A stretch of DNA of 64,000 nt, taken from the NCBI GenBank assembly GCA_937996685.1, contig CALKUP010000002.1, forward strand, positions 23,003-87,002, read 5' to 3'. Below, in pieces: positions 39,143 through 48,810 of the stretch (position 1 is its first letter; every line of letters begins with the position of its first letter). A program made the translations under genes and the position numbers. This DNA comes from an uncultured bacterium (GTDB lineage Bacteria; Patescibacteriota; Patescibacteriia; UBA9570; XYC2-FULL-38-9). The notes under the pieces were generated by a model, which saw nothing but the letters and a program-made list of their open reading frames with translations, had not been told where the DNA came from and did no database searches.

Positions 39143-39389
39143 AGTTTCTCTAAATAATGCTGTATTTTATGCGCTAGAGTATAGCATAGATGATGTTCTT
39201 TCTGTAACACTCCTTGACAAACCGGCAGTGGCATGTTATTCATAATCGATTCTTTCTTCTGGTTTTATGCGTGGTGGACTGCGCATGTGAGCTATCTATA
39301 GATCCTATCAGGGAGCTCGAGCTATTGAAGAGGGAAACAGGAGTTTTTGAAAGATCGAATGATCTAAAACTCTCTCAATAGTTTAACCA

Positions 39390-40778
39390 GTGAGACAATA
39401 TATAATGACAAACGAAGAAACAACTTTCGCTGATCTTGGTGTGCACCCAGCGATTACGGCAATTTTAGACCGTAAAGAAATTACAAAACCGACACCAATT
39501 CAAGCTCAAAGTATCCCAGCGTTATTGCAACGTCAGGATGTGCTCGGAATTGCACAAACCGGAACCGGAAAAACACTCGCGTTTTTATTGCCAGTGTTGC
39601 AATTGATGTTGACACAAGAGCCAGATAAACGAAAACGCTTTGAACAAGTGTTGATTATGGTGCCAACACGTGAGCTTGCGTATCAAGTCAAAGAAACCAT
39701 GATGTGGTTTGAAAAAGAGTTCCGTATTTTTTCAACTGTGATCGTTGGTGGTGAAAGTATCGGCAAGCAAATTAAAGAAGTGAAGCGTGGTGTGCAAGTC
39801 TTAATTGCAACTCCAGGTCGCATGATCGATCATTTGCAGCAAGGAACGATTAAATTACGTAATACAAATACCGTGATTTTGGATGAAGCAGATCGCATGT
39901 TCGATATGGGTTTTGCCCCACAAATCGCTCGTGTGTTTGAATATTTGCCAAGTGCAGAAGAGCGACACACATTGCTGTTTTCAGCGACAATGCCAGATTC
40001 AGTGGTTCGTTTGATTCGTGAGCAAATGAAAGAGCCTGTGCGAATTGAAGTATCTGTTCAAGGTTCAACCAATGCTGATGTATCACAAGAAATTGTTGTA
40101 TTAGACAATGCGCATCGTCAAGACGCGTTATTGGAATTACTCAACGGAACAGATGATGCAGCGTTAGTGTTTTCACGAACGAAGCATCAAGCGAAGAAAT
40201 TGCGCCAATTTTTGAAAGATAAAGGCTTTAAAGCGGAAGAATTACACGGAAATTTGTCTCAAGCGCAACGAAAACGAGCAATTGAGGCTGTTCAAAAGAA
40301 ACGGTCTCGCATCTTGGTTGCGACAGACGTTGCTGGTCGTGGAATCGATATTCCCCACATCGGACTTGTAATTAATTACGAATTGCCTGATAATCCAGAG
40401 GATTACGTGCATCGTATCGGACGGACTGGCCGGGCAGGAAGAACTGGACGCGCCGTCTCATTCGTTCTCACTGATCAACAAGATCTCTTACAACAAGTTC
40501 AACGTTTGATTAACGATCAAATTGCACAAACACATTTGGAAACTGTTCCAACTGCGCAACTGCAACAAGGTCGTGGTCGTTCAGGCGGCGGCGGATATCG
40601 CGGTAACAATCGTGGTAGTCGTCCGTTCCGATCAGGCGCTAGTCGTGCGCGTTCTGGAAGTCGTCCATCATTTTCAAGTGGTGGTAGTCGCTCCGGAGGT
40701 TCACGTTCAGGCGGCGGTCGACGTTCATTTTCATCAGGCGGCGGAAATCGTTCACGAGCTCCACGTCGCGATGCATAA
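39390..40778 (+). CDS. DEAD-box ATP-dependent RNA helicase with Gly/Arg/Ser-rich C-terminal tail
   Basis: Q-motif/PTPIQ, Walker A GTGKT, DEAD, SAT, HRIGRTGR, and a C-terminal RGG/SGG repeat tail. Confidence 0.85.
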   Translation: MRQYIMTNEETTFADLGVHPAITAILDRKEITKPTPIQAQSIPALLQRQDVLGIAQTGTGKTLAFLLPVLQLMLTQEPDKRKRFEQVLIMVPTRELAYQVKETMMWFEKEFRIFSTVIVGGESIGKQIKEVKRGVQVLIATPGRMIDHLQQGTIKLRNTNTVILDEADRMFDMGFAPQIARVFEYLPSAEERHTLLFSATMPDSVVRLIREQMKEPVRIEVSVQGSTNADVSQEIVVLDNAHRQDALLELLNGTDDAALVFSRTKHQAKKLRQFLKDKGFKAEELHGNLSQAQRKRAIEAVQKKRSRILVATDVAGRGIDIPHIGLVINYELPDNPEDYVHRIGRTGRAGRTGRAVSFVLTDQQDLLQQVQRLINDQIAQTHLETVPTAQLQQGRGRSGGGGYRGNNRGSRPFRSGASRARSGSRPSFSSGGSRSGGSRSGGGRRSFSSGGGNRSRAPRRDA

Positions 40779-40824
40779 TGCATGAAGTAAGAGAAGGTAT
40801 TTATTAAGTTAGTATTCTATTTTT

Positions 40825-41076
40825 ATGGCAAAAAATCTTTTTGTCGGAGGCATCGCCTTCAGTTCAACAGACGAATCGTTGCAAGCAGCGTTCGAACAAG
40901 CAGGAACAGTGGTTTCAGCGAAAATTATTATGGATCGTGATACAGGTCGCTCCCGCGGGTTCGGTTTTGTTGAAATGGGTTCAGAAGAAGAAGCACAAGC
41001 TGCTATCCAAATGTGGGATGGTCAAGAAATTGACGGCCGCGCTGTTGCAGTCAAAGAAGCTCAACCTCGACAATAG
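40825..41076 (+). CDS. RRM-type RNA-binding protein
   Basis: RNP-2 LFVGGI and RNP-1 RGFGFVEM. Confidence 0.75.
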   Translation: MAKNLFVGGIAFSSTDESLQAAFEQAGTVVSAKIIMDRDTGRSRGFGFVEMGSEEEAQAAIQMWDGQEIDGRAVAVKEAQPRQ

Positions 41077-41091
41077 TTTTTCGAAGTCAAA

Positions 41092-41140
41092 AAAACACCG
41101 TATTCTGAGTCTTCCTTCAGATGCGGTGTTTTTGTTTTGC
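41092..41140 (+). terminator. Rho-independent terminator
   Basis: AACACCG ... CGGTGTT followed by TTTTGTTTTG. Confidence 0.5.
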
Positions 41141-41227
41141 GTAAATGTGTGCAACAGTATGTTGTTGACTTTTCTTCTGAAATTCTTTATATAGATTGTC
41201 CAACTTGCTTTTCATCTGGAGGACGAG

Positions 41228-41422
41228 ATGGCTCAAGACAAGTGCCCTGTGTGCAAGAAGGTGCACAAAGGCAAGCTGCCGAAGGGTTGTGCAAGAATAA
41301 TCAATGCGGTTCGTCATAGTCGACACCCGCAAGATGAGGAGGGGACCTGCAAATTTCCGGGCCCTAATTCAGGGAGGGGTTCACGCCCGGCGGGCCACTC
41401 AAAGCCCGGTGAGAAAAAGTAA
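41228..41422 (+). CDS. Small Cys-containing (zinc-ribbon-like) hypothetical protein in a GC-rich patch
   Basis: GGAGGA Shine-Dalgarno 6 nt upstream of the ATG. Product has CPVC...C...C and is basic. Family not recognised. Confidence 0.3.
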   Translation: MAQDKCPVCKKVHKGKLPKGCARIINAVRHSRHPQDEEGTCKFPGPNSGRGSRPAGHSKPGEKK

Positions 41423-41943
41423 TTTTCGCACAAGCGGGGAGCTGCATAAAGCGTGGTGCGGAGCGGAGTGTGAAACCTGTTCTGTGCCGCGTCGTTTTTT
41501 TATAGTATAGACAGCGATTGTGTATATGTCGCGAATACGGCTTGACGACTGTTCAGGCATCTGGTAAATACGTTGTTTTGTCGCAAGGTGCGGCACTAGC
41601 ATATTCGAGTGACTCGCATTGCCCAATCGGGCGAAGGAGGGAGCTTGATCGGTTTCGAGCGCATGGGTCGTTGCTGGAAGACGGGCGTCGCTCAGGCGGA
41701 GGACGCCAAGAAGGCGAAGAAGCCGGAGCCGCGCAAGCCGCGGTACGTCCGGCGCGGAGCTGGTCGCGGGGTGCGGCTGTAGTAGCCCGCCAGTAGCTCT
41801 TTTTATGGGGTGGCAGAATTATTCTTTTGCCACGCCCCTTGTCCTGAGTAGAACATCTATGCTGATGTTCAGTTGAGAGCAAGGAAAAAGCTGTGTTCTG
41901 TAATAGTGTCAGCAATAATCTTGTGGTACACTATGTTCTATCT

Positions 41944-42537
41944 ATGAAACAGTTTGCCGAAAAAGATGCGCTCTATATTCGTTCACTAACGCAGTGGCAT
42001 CAATGGTTGCAGAAACATCACACACAAAAAACCGGTGTGTGGGTGCTGCATGACACAAAAGAAGCGCGCACAATGACATACGAGCAAATGCGAGACGAAG
42101 CGTTGTGTTTTGGGTGGATCGATAGCGCTGTTCGTAAATCAACTGCTCCGAATAAGAGCCTGCTGTACATGAGTCCTCGAAAGCCAAAAAGTAATTGGTC
42201 AAAGGTGAATAAGGCAGTGGTTGCGCAGCTGATCAAAGAAAAGCGGATGCAGCCTTCAGGTCTTGCAATGGTGAAACTCGCCAAGCGCACGGGCACATGG
42301 ACAGCGCTTGATGATGTAGAAAAAGGTGTTGTCCCAAAAGATTTAGCAGCGGCATTCACAAAAGCAGGTCCAAAAGCTGCGGCGTATTTTGCGGCATTCC
42401 CACCGAGCATTAAAAGAGGAATACTTGAATGGATTCAGTCAGCAAAAAAAGCTGAAACACGAGCAGACCGCATTACAAAAACAGCAACGCTCGCGGCAAA
42501 AAACCAACGAGCGAATCAATACGAAAAAAAGTTATAG
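41944..42537 (+). CDS. YdeI/OmdA-family protein (DUF1801-like)
   Basis: C-terminal LEWIQSAKKAETRADRI-type motif. The likely start is MKQFAEK at 41944 rather than 41893. Confidence 0.45.
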   Translation: MKQFAEKDALYIRSLTQWHQWLQKHHTQKTGVWVLHDTKEARTMTYEQMRDEALCFGWIDSAVRKSTAPNKSLLYMSPRKPKSNWSKVNKAVVAQLIKEKRMQPSGLAMVKLAKRTGTWTALDDVEKGVVPKDLAAAFTKAGPKAAAYFAAFPPSIKRGILEWIQSAKKAETRADRITKTATLAAKNQRANQYEKKL

Positions 42538-42978
42538 CTTTTTTGATTCTTTTTGGATTCCAGACATTGCCATATAGAGCAGTAATCCTAGAGGGCCAGA
42601 CATCAGTGTAAAAAATAAGGCGATGCGCAATTTCAATATGCTTTTATTGTGCTTGATAGTATCGAGCCACAAAAATCGACCAACAAACAAATCCCACACA
42701 AGAATATGCAGCCACACCAGCGTGATGCCAAAATCATTACTCAAGAGCGCGATGATGCTGTCTAATTGAGGATTAGAAACCGCCGGGAGAATGTCTCCAA
42801 AGGCTGGAAGAATAAGAACGGTGTAAATCACGGCAAGCGGAATAAATTGCCAATACCCGCGATTGAGCTTGTGTGTTAGATTGCTGTGCGGCGCGATAAT
42901 CATCGTCAGCCAAAAAGGTAAGACAATGATGTTGATGATTTGAAAAATGAGTGTGTAATTCATGGTGTGTTTTATCAT
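42532..42978 (-). CDS. Small polytopic membrane protein (ABA4-like/DUF4281-like)
   Basis: Hydrophobic ~148-aa product starting MIKHTMNYT. The 90-aa N-terminal extension in the ORF track looks non-coding. Confidence 0.4.
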   Translation of the reverse strand: MIKHTMNYTLIFQIINIIVLPFWLTMIIAPHSNLTHKLNRGYWQFIPLAVIYTVLILPAFGDILPAVSNPQLDSIIALLSNDFGITLVWLHILVWDLFVGRFLWLDTIKHNKSILKLRIALFFTLMSGPLGLLLYMAMSGIQKESKKL

Positions 42979-43086
42979 TTCTATTACTGACATTGTCGCA
43001 CAGGAGAGCGTTGTCTCGCAAGCGCTACTTGCATGATTCGTGTCCTTTCGATAGGGTGAGTGTCCAACTGACATGCGGAGGATGTA

Positions 43087-43374
43087 ATGTCTTGGTTGAA
43101 CAACGCAGGGCTTTTGCGGATTGCGGCGACGCACCCGGCAGCGGTTTCGGCAGCTCTCGGATTTATCCGTGGACTGCAAGAGGCGCGGAAGTTGCCTCCA
43201 ATAGCGGTTAAACAGATCGCTGACAATGCTGATGCTCTCGCTGAACTTGGCCTGCACCCGAGCTATAGCGTCTCGGACTTGCTCCGAGTCGTTCGCTGGC
43301 TTGTGTACATTGCAGATAAGCCGGATTCACTCAGAGATTTCCTGCAAACAATGCGGGCGGACCTGGGTGAATGA
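43087..43374 (+). CDS. Hypothetical protein (GC-rich gene)
   Basis: GGAGGA SD 5 nt upstream of the ATG. Its stop overlaps the start of the next gene. Confidence 0.4.
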   Translation: MSWLNNAGLLRIAATHPAAVSAALGFIRGLQEARKLPPIAVKQIADNADALAELGLHPSYSVSDLLRVVRWLVYIADKPDSLRDFLQTMRADLGE

Positions 43375-43718
43375 TTTTCTATTTGAATTGTGATATCTAT
43401 GGTATGCTGTATCACATGATTACAACATATCTTTTTTACATCATCTTTTTCCTCGGCGGCATTGGTGTTGCAATGCTCCAGAGACGTATTATGCGCAACA
43501 TGAAAATTCGCGCGAAGCAACCACTGAGCGCAGGACACAAAAATATCGATCTCAAAGGTCGAATATTGCGTGGTTCAATTGCACTGGCGTGTGTTGTCTA
43601 CGGCATCTGGTTTGATAGCAACATCGCAATGCTTGGTGCTGGATACGCAGCGTACGAAACTGTCGCAACCTGGTGCGGATTTTATGCGCTGATCGGCCGA
43701 AATACCTGCCCGTTGTAG
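43371..43718 (+). CDS. DUF2892-like small inner-membrane protein
   Basis: Two TM helices and a C-terminal G...TC-P-L motif typical of the YgaP-like DUF2892 family. The start may be an internal Met. Confidence 0.4.
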   Translation: MIFYLNCDIYGMLYHMITTYLFYIIFFLGGIGVAMLQRRIMRNMKIRAKQPLSAGHKNIDLKGRILRGSIALACVVYGIWFDSNIAMLGAGYAAYETVATWCGFYALIGRNTCPL

Positions 43719-43836
43719 GATTTCTATTTTGCCTGATGTTGTTGACAATATCAGGTTTTTTATAGTATAGTTTCAAGCGAAATACCGCGCTTTGTAAGCG
43801 GTTTTTATATTGTATTTAATTTCTATCCGTATTTTT

Positions 43837-45618
43837 ATGTCCGCTATTCGTAATGTCGCTATTATCGCCCACGTCGACCATGGAAAAACCACTCTTGTCG
43901 ATGCGTTGCTTACACAATCTCAATCACTCAACCACAAAGAATCAGAACATACAGAATTATTGATGGACAGTAATGATCTTGAACGTGAACGCGGAATTAC
44001 GATTTTCAGTAAAAATGCAGCATTGCAATGGAAAGATACAAAGGTCAATATCATTGATACTCCTGGCCATGCGGACTTTGGTGGAGAAGTAGAACGTGTA
44101 TTGTCGATGGCGGACGGAGCGTTGCTCTTGGTTGATGCGCAAGAAGGGCCGATGCCACAAACCCGTTTTGTATTGAAAAAAGCCCTCGCGATGAAACAGC
44201 GGATTATTGTGATTGTGAACAAAGTTGATAAGCCAGATGCAAATCCACAAGAAGCAGTGAATCGCACATTTGATTTGTTTGTTGAGCTTGGAGCGGATGA
44301 CGCGACATTGGATTTCCCAATTGTGTATGCTTCAGCGATTCAAGGAAAAGCCGGACTCGAAGAAGATATCAATTCAATGACAGACATCACTCCAATTTTG
44401 GATGCGATTTTGGAATATATTCCAGAGCCACAAGGTGATCCAGAAGCGCCGTTGCAAGTGCGTATTACATCGATTACTGCTGATCCATTTAAAGGTCGTA
44501 TTAGTACTGGACGTATCCACAATGGAAAAATCACTGCAGCGCAACCATTGATGCATATCGCGCGTGACGGAAAGCAAACACAAGTCAAAGTAACGTCGTT
44601 GATGGCGGCGCAAGGTCTTGGAAAAGTAGATATTACAGAAGCAGTTGCTGGTGACATTGTGTCGATTGCCGGAATTGCTGATGCAGCAATTGGTGATACA
44701 CTCGCAGATGTTGCAAACCCTGTTGCGCTTCCAGTTGTCGCAATTGATGAGCCGACAGTGCGGATGACATTCATGGTCAACACATCTCCATTCGCAGGAA
44801 CAGAAGGGGAATTTTCAACCAGTCGCCAAATTGAACAACGTTTGATGAAAGAGCTTGAAACAGACATGGCGCTGCGTGTTGTTGCTGACGGTTCTGGTCA
44901 ATGGCTTGTGTCTGGTCGTGGTGAATTGCATCTCGCAATTTTGATTGAACGGTTGCGTCGTGAAGGATTTGAATTTCAAGTGAGTAATCCAACAGTTATT
45001 ACAAAAGAAGTTGATGGCAAAACACATGTGCCGTTTGACCGTGTCACCATCGAAACACCAGATGAATTTTCTGGTGCAATTATTCAAAAGCTCGGTTCAC
45101 GTCGTGGACAAATGCAAGAAATGCGTACCGTGAAAGGTATTACATTTGTAGAATATGTAATCCCAACTCGTGGTTTGTTCGGATATCGCAGTCATTTACT
45201 GACAGATACAAAGGGTCTCGGGATTATGAATTCTTCATTCGAAGGCTATTTCTTGGATCCAGGCGATTGGGTTGAACGTGAAACCGGTTCATTGGTTGCG
45301 CATGAGCAAGGTGATACAACATTATATGGTCTTACTCGCTCACAAGATCGTGGTATCTTGTTTGTTGAGCCTGGAATGAAGGTGTATCGTGGTCAAGTTG
45401 TTGGAACCAACGCTCGTCAAGGCGATTTGGTTGTCCATGTCTGTCGTAAAAAAGAATTAACCAACATGCGATCAAGTGGTGATGGCGTTGCCGAAAACTT
45501 CCGTGTTCCAAAAAAGATGGATCTTGAAGCCGCGCTTGAATACATTACGGATGACGAATTGGTAGAAATTACACCGGAAAATATCCGTATTCGAAAGAAA
45601 AATTTGAACGTGAAATAA
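43837..45618 (+). CDS. typA: Translational GTPase TypA/BipA
   Basis: G1 motif AIIAHVDHGKTTL, DTPGH, NKVD, and EF-G-like domains. The true start is MSAIRNVAII (the ORF track starts 27 nt earlier). Confidence 0.85.
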   Translation: MSAIRNVAIIAHVDHGKTTLVDALLTQSQSLNHKESEHTELLMDSNDLERERGITIFSKNAALQWKDTKVNIIDTPGHADFGGEVERVLSMADGALLLVDAQEGPMPQTRFVLKKALAMKQRIIVIVNKVDKPDANPQEAVNRTFDLFVELGADDATLDFPIVYASAIQGKAGLEEDINSMTDITPILDAILEYIPEPQGDPEAPLQVRITSITADPFKGRISTGRIHNGKITAAQPLMHIARDGKQTQVKVTSLMAAQGLGKVDITEAVAGDIVSIAGIADAAIGDTLADVANPVALPVVAIDEPTVRMTFMVNTSPFAGTEGEFSTSRQIEQRLMKELETDMALRVVADGSGQWLVSGRGELHLAILIERLRREGFEFQVSNPTVITKEVDGKTHVPFDRVTIETPDEFSGAIIQKLGSRRGQMQEMRTVKGITFVEYVIPTRGLFGYRSHLLTDTKGLGIMNSSFEGYFLDPGDWVERETGSLVAHEQGDTTLYGLTRSQDRGILFVEPGMKVYRGQVVGTNARQGDLVVHVCRKKELTNMRSSGDGVAENFRVPKKMDLEAALEYITDDELVEITPENIRIRKKNLNVK

Positions 45619-45797
45619 AGAGTGCTTGCATTCGGCGATGTTTTTTAGTATATATAGATAGTCTAACATCGCCTTGTGTATTCACGAGCTGCTGCATGAA
45701 ATGGTCACGCCCTTAATTGCGTGCATGCAACCAGCGATGACCGAATATATCATTACAACCGGCCAAGACGCTGGTTTATTTTTTTTACAAAAAAATT

Positions 45798-48440
45798 ATG
45801 CATAATGCACACACACAATCGTCAGATGTCATTTTACAAGAATATTCCGTCGATCAACACGTAGGCCTTGATGCTGAGCGCGTTCTCAGTTCCCGAGAAA
45901 CATCTGGGATGAACAAGCTTCCGGAAGGGAAAAAAGTTCGGTGGTATCACCGTTTTGCGAAACAGTTTTTAGATATCTTTGTTGGCATTCTTGTGCTTGC
46001 GGCTGTCGTTGCGTATATTGCAGGCGATTTGAAAGATGCGATTATTATCGCGGTGATTATTTTGTTGAATGCGACGTTTGGTTTTTTGCAAGAACAAAAA
46101 GCAGAGCAAGCAATAGCGGCGTTGCAAGCGTTGTCGCAAGATAATGCGACGGTCTTGCGAGGCGGGGAAGTGCAGCGCGTGCCGGTTGTTGACGTGGTGG
46201 TGGGAGATATTTTATTGCTAGAATCTGGTGATACCATCGCTGCTGACGCTCGCGTAGTACAAGCAACGCAACTTCGTGTTATCGAATCAGCATTGACAGG
46301 TGAGTCACAAGCAGTGAGCAAGCAAGCAGATGCAATTATTGCACTTGATGCGCCGCTCGGAGATCGTTTGAATATGCTCTATAAAGATACGAGTATTGCC
46401 GATGGTCGCGCAACAGCAATTGTTGTGGCAGTTGGGAAGGATACAGAAGTTGGAAAAATTTCAACATTATTGCAACAAACAACAGACAAAAAAACCCCAC
46501 TCGAACAAGAGTTACATCGCATTGGTACATGGCTAACCGGATTTGCAGTTCTGTCTGCCGGTGTGATTTTTGCAAGTCTTGTATTTGGGAGCGGTGGAAG
46601 CATAGAGTCAGCTGCACTTACCGCAATTTCATTGGCAGTGGCGGTTGTGCCAGAAGGTATTCCAGCGGTTGTGACAACTGTTCTCGCGATTTCCGTTGCG
46701 CGTTTGGCAAAGAACAATGCCATTATTCGAAAGATGTCCGCAGTTGAAACATTGGGAGCGGTGTCGGCTATTTTGACTGACAAAACAGGAACGCTGACAA
46801 AAAATGAAATGACGGTTGTTGGGGTAATGACGCCGAAGGATCGTTATCGTTTTGCGGAAGGCGTCGTGACTTCTGCCGCAAATGATTCAGGGAAAGCACG
46901 CGCAGTGACAAGTGAAGTGTTAGATCAATTATTTCTTGGGATGATCTTGTGTAATAATGCGTCGTTGCAAGAAGATGGTCAGCATATTGGCGATCCAACA
47001 GAAACCTGTTTATTAGTTGCGGCGCAACAACATGGCCTTTCATTGGTTGAAAAAAATACACAGTATCCGCGCGTTGCAGAATTGCCATTTAATTCAGATA
47101 CAAAACGCATGATTGTGGCGGTAACAGATCAGGAGACAGGAGACTTATTGTGTTTTGCAAAAGGTGCGCATGAGTCAATTGCGTTGCTCTGTTCGGATGT
47201 GACGAAAGAGCAAGAAGCTTGGATTGAAGAAGAAGCGGCGACTGGTCGTCGAGTGCTTTCGTATGCGATGGCGCGTATTCCAAAAGCAATGCACGCAACA
47301 ACAGAAATTGAAATGCTGCTCACAGATGTGAAATATTCATATCTTGGTGCGACTATTGCTGTTGATCCATTGCGTGACGAAGTTGTCGTCGCAGTTGATG
47401 AGGCGCGTCGTGCAGGGATTCGCAGTGTCATGATTACCGGAGACCATCGTTTGATTGCAACAACAATTGGAAAGCAGTTGGGTATTATTCAAAATGAAAC
47501 GCAAGTACGAGACGGTGCGCAACTGGTTGGCTTGTCTCATGAAGAATTAAAAGATTTACTTGAAACAGTTTCGGTATTTTCGCGTGTGTCGCCAGAGCAA
47601 AAATTACAGATTGTGAAAGCGATGGAAGCTCGTGGAAATATTGTCGCAGTGACTGGCGATGGGGTGAATGATGCGCCGGCGATGAAAACAGCAAACATCG
47701 GTGTTGCAATGGGGATTACTGGGACAGATGTTACAAAGCAAGTTGCTGATATGGTATTGAAAGATGATAATTACGCGACAATTGTTGAGGCAGTGCGACA
47801 AGGGCGTGGCATCTTCCAAAACTTCATCAGTTTCTTGCGTTATCAAATTTCTTGTAATGTGTCCGGTGTGATCACGGTATTCACGATTGTGATTGCGGGT
47901 TTTCCCGCGCCGTTATTGCCAATTCATATTTTGTTGTTGAACCTTGCGTCGGAAACCGGCCCATCGATTGCACTTGGTCTTGAAAAAGCCCCAAATGACA
48001 CAATGAAAAACCCGCCGCGTGTTGCCAATGAGCCGTTGCTATCACGTGCGCGTTTGATTGGGATTGCATGGGAAGCGGTTGTCATGGGTGTTGTTGCCAT
48101 TGCGGTTTATCTGCTCACCGAATCGCGTGGATACGGCATTGCAACAACCGCAACATTGACGACAGCGTTCTTGTCTCGATTGTGGCATGCGTGGAGCAGT
48201 CGTGTGCACGAAGAGTCCGTGTTTTCTCGAAGTCTATTTACTAACAAAACGCTGCTCTGGGTTGTGCTTGTAACGCTTGTTTCGTACGCTGGTATTTTTG
48301 CAATTCCAGCAGTGCGCTCTGTGTTAAAAATGACAGTATTACCAATGGACGTTCTTGCTCTCGCTGTTGGTTTATCATTTGTTTCAATTATCTGTATCGA
48401 AGTCGGGAAGGCAGGACTGCGTGTGGTGTTGAAACGGTAG
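45798..48440 (+). CDS. P-type cation-transporting ATPase (type II, Ca2+/Mg2+-like)
   Basis: Phosphorylation motif DKTGTLT, hinge TGDGVNDAPAMK, and 10 predicted TM segments. Confidence 0.8.
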   Translation: MHNAHTQSSDVILQEYSVDQHVGLDAERVLSSRETSGMNKLPEGKKVRWYHRFAKQFLDIFVGILVLAAVVAYIAGDLKDAIIIAVIILLNATFGFLQEQKAEQAIAALQALSQDNATVLRGGEVQRVPVVDVVVGDILLLESGDTIAADARVVQATQLRVIESALTGESQAVSKQADAIIALDAPLGDRLNMLYKDTSIADGRATAIVVAVGKDTEVGKISTLLQQTTDKKTPLEQELHRIGTWLTGFAVLSAGVIFASLVFGSGGSIESAALTAISLAVAVVPEGIPAVVTTVLAISVARLAKNNAIIRKMSAVETLGAVSAILTDKTGTLTKNEMTVVGVMTPKDRYRFAEGVVTSAANDSGKARAVTSEVLDQLFLGMILCNNASLQEDGQHIGDPTETCLLVAAQQHGLSLVEKNTQYPRVAELPFNSDTKRMIVAVTDQETGDLLCFAKGAHESIALLCSDVTKEQEAWIEEEAATGRRVLSYAMARIPKAMHATTEIEMLLTDVKYSYLGATIAVDPLRDEVVVAVDEARRAGIRSVMITGDHRLIATTIGKQLGIIQNETQVRDGAQLVGLSHEELKDLLETVSVFSRVSPEQKLQIVKAMEARGNIVAVTGDGVNDAPAMKTANIGVAMGITGTDVTKQVADMVLKDDNYATIVEAVRQGRGIFQNFISFLRYQISCNVSGVITVFTIVIAGFPAPLLPIHILLLNLASETGPSIALGLEKAPNDTMKNPPRVANEPLLSRARLIGIAWEAVVMGVVAIAVYLLTESRGYGIATTATLTTAFLSRLWHAWSSRVHEESVFSRSLFTNKTLLWVVLVTLVSYAGIFAIPAVRSVLKMTVLPMDVLALAVGLSFVSIICIEVGKAGLRVVLKR

Positions 48441-48600
48441 AGGTATACTATTTTGCAAAATAGACTCGTTTGTTGTAGTCTTTTGATAAGTGGTTTTTAT
48501 CGCAGTCTCTTCAACCACCCGACGCGTTTACACCCGCGCAATAATCGGGAATGAGTTTGCTCCACGGATGGGAATTGTCTAATCAATTTCACTTATATAT

Positions 48601-48771
48601 ATGTCTCATCACAAAGATGACTACGACTATAATGAAATGATGAAGCATTGGAGAAGTTGGGGTTCCTGGTTTTCCTGGGGATCACCAATTGGTTTGAGTC
48701 TTGGCTTTGCTGTGACTCTACTAGCCATCGGCGGCTTTCTCATGATGTTGAATCAAATCAACTTGATATAG
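48601..48771 (+). CDS. Small Trp-rich membrane peptide (56 aa)
   Basis: ATG ... TAG open frame MSHHKDDYDYNEMMKHWRSWGSWFSWGSPIGLSLGFAVTLLAIGGFLMML... with one TM helix. Immediately followed by a strong terminator. Confidence 0.3.
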   Translation: MSHHKDDYDYNEMMKHWRSWGSWFSWGSPIGLSLGFAVTLLAIGGFLMMLNQINLI

Positions 48772-48777
48772 TCTCAA

Positions 48778-48810
48778 TAAAAATCCCGCTGACATGAGCG
48801 GGTTTTTTAT
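48778..48810. terminator. Bidirectional Rho-independent terminator
   Basis: AAAAATCCCGCT gacatg AGCGGGTTTTTT. Confidence 0.7.

Noticed and set aside
42979-43257. N-terminal extension (about 93 aa) of the minus-strand membrane protein ORF
   Set aside because: It is hydrophilic and Arg/Cys-rich, unlike the rest of the protein, and overlaps the SD-supported + strand gene at 43087. The start was reassigned to MIKHTMNYT.
45619-45797. M-box (Mg2+) riboswitch upstream of the P-type ATPase
   Set aside because: The 179-bp leader contains inverted repeats and a T-run, but I could not recognise M-box conserved segments. It is noted only as a structured leader.
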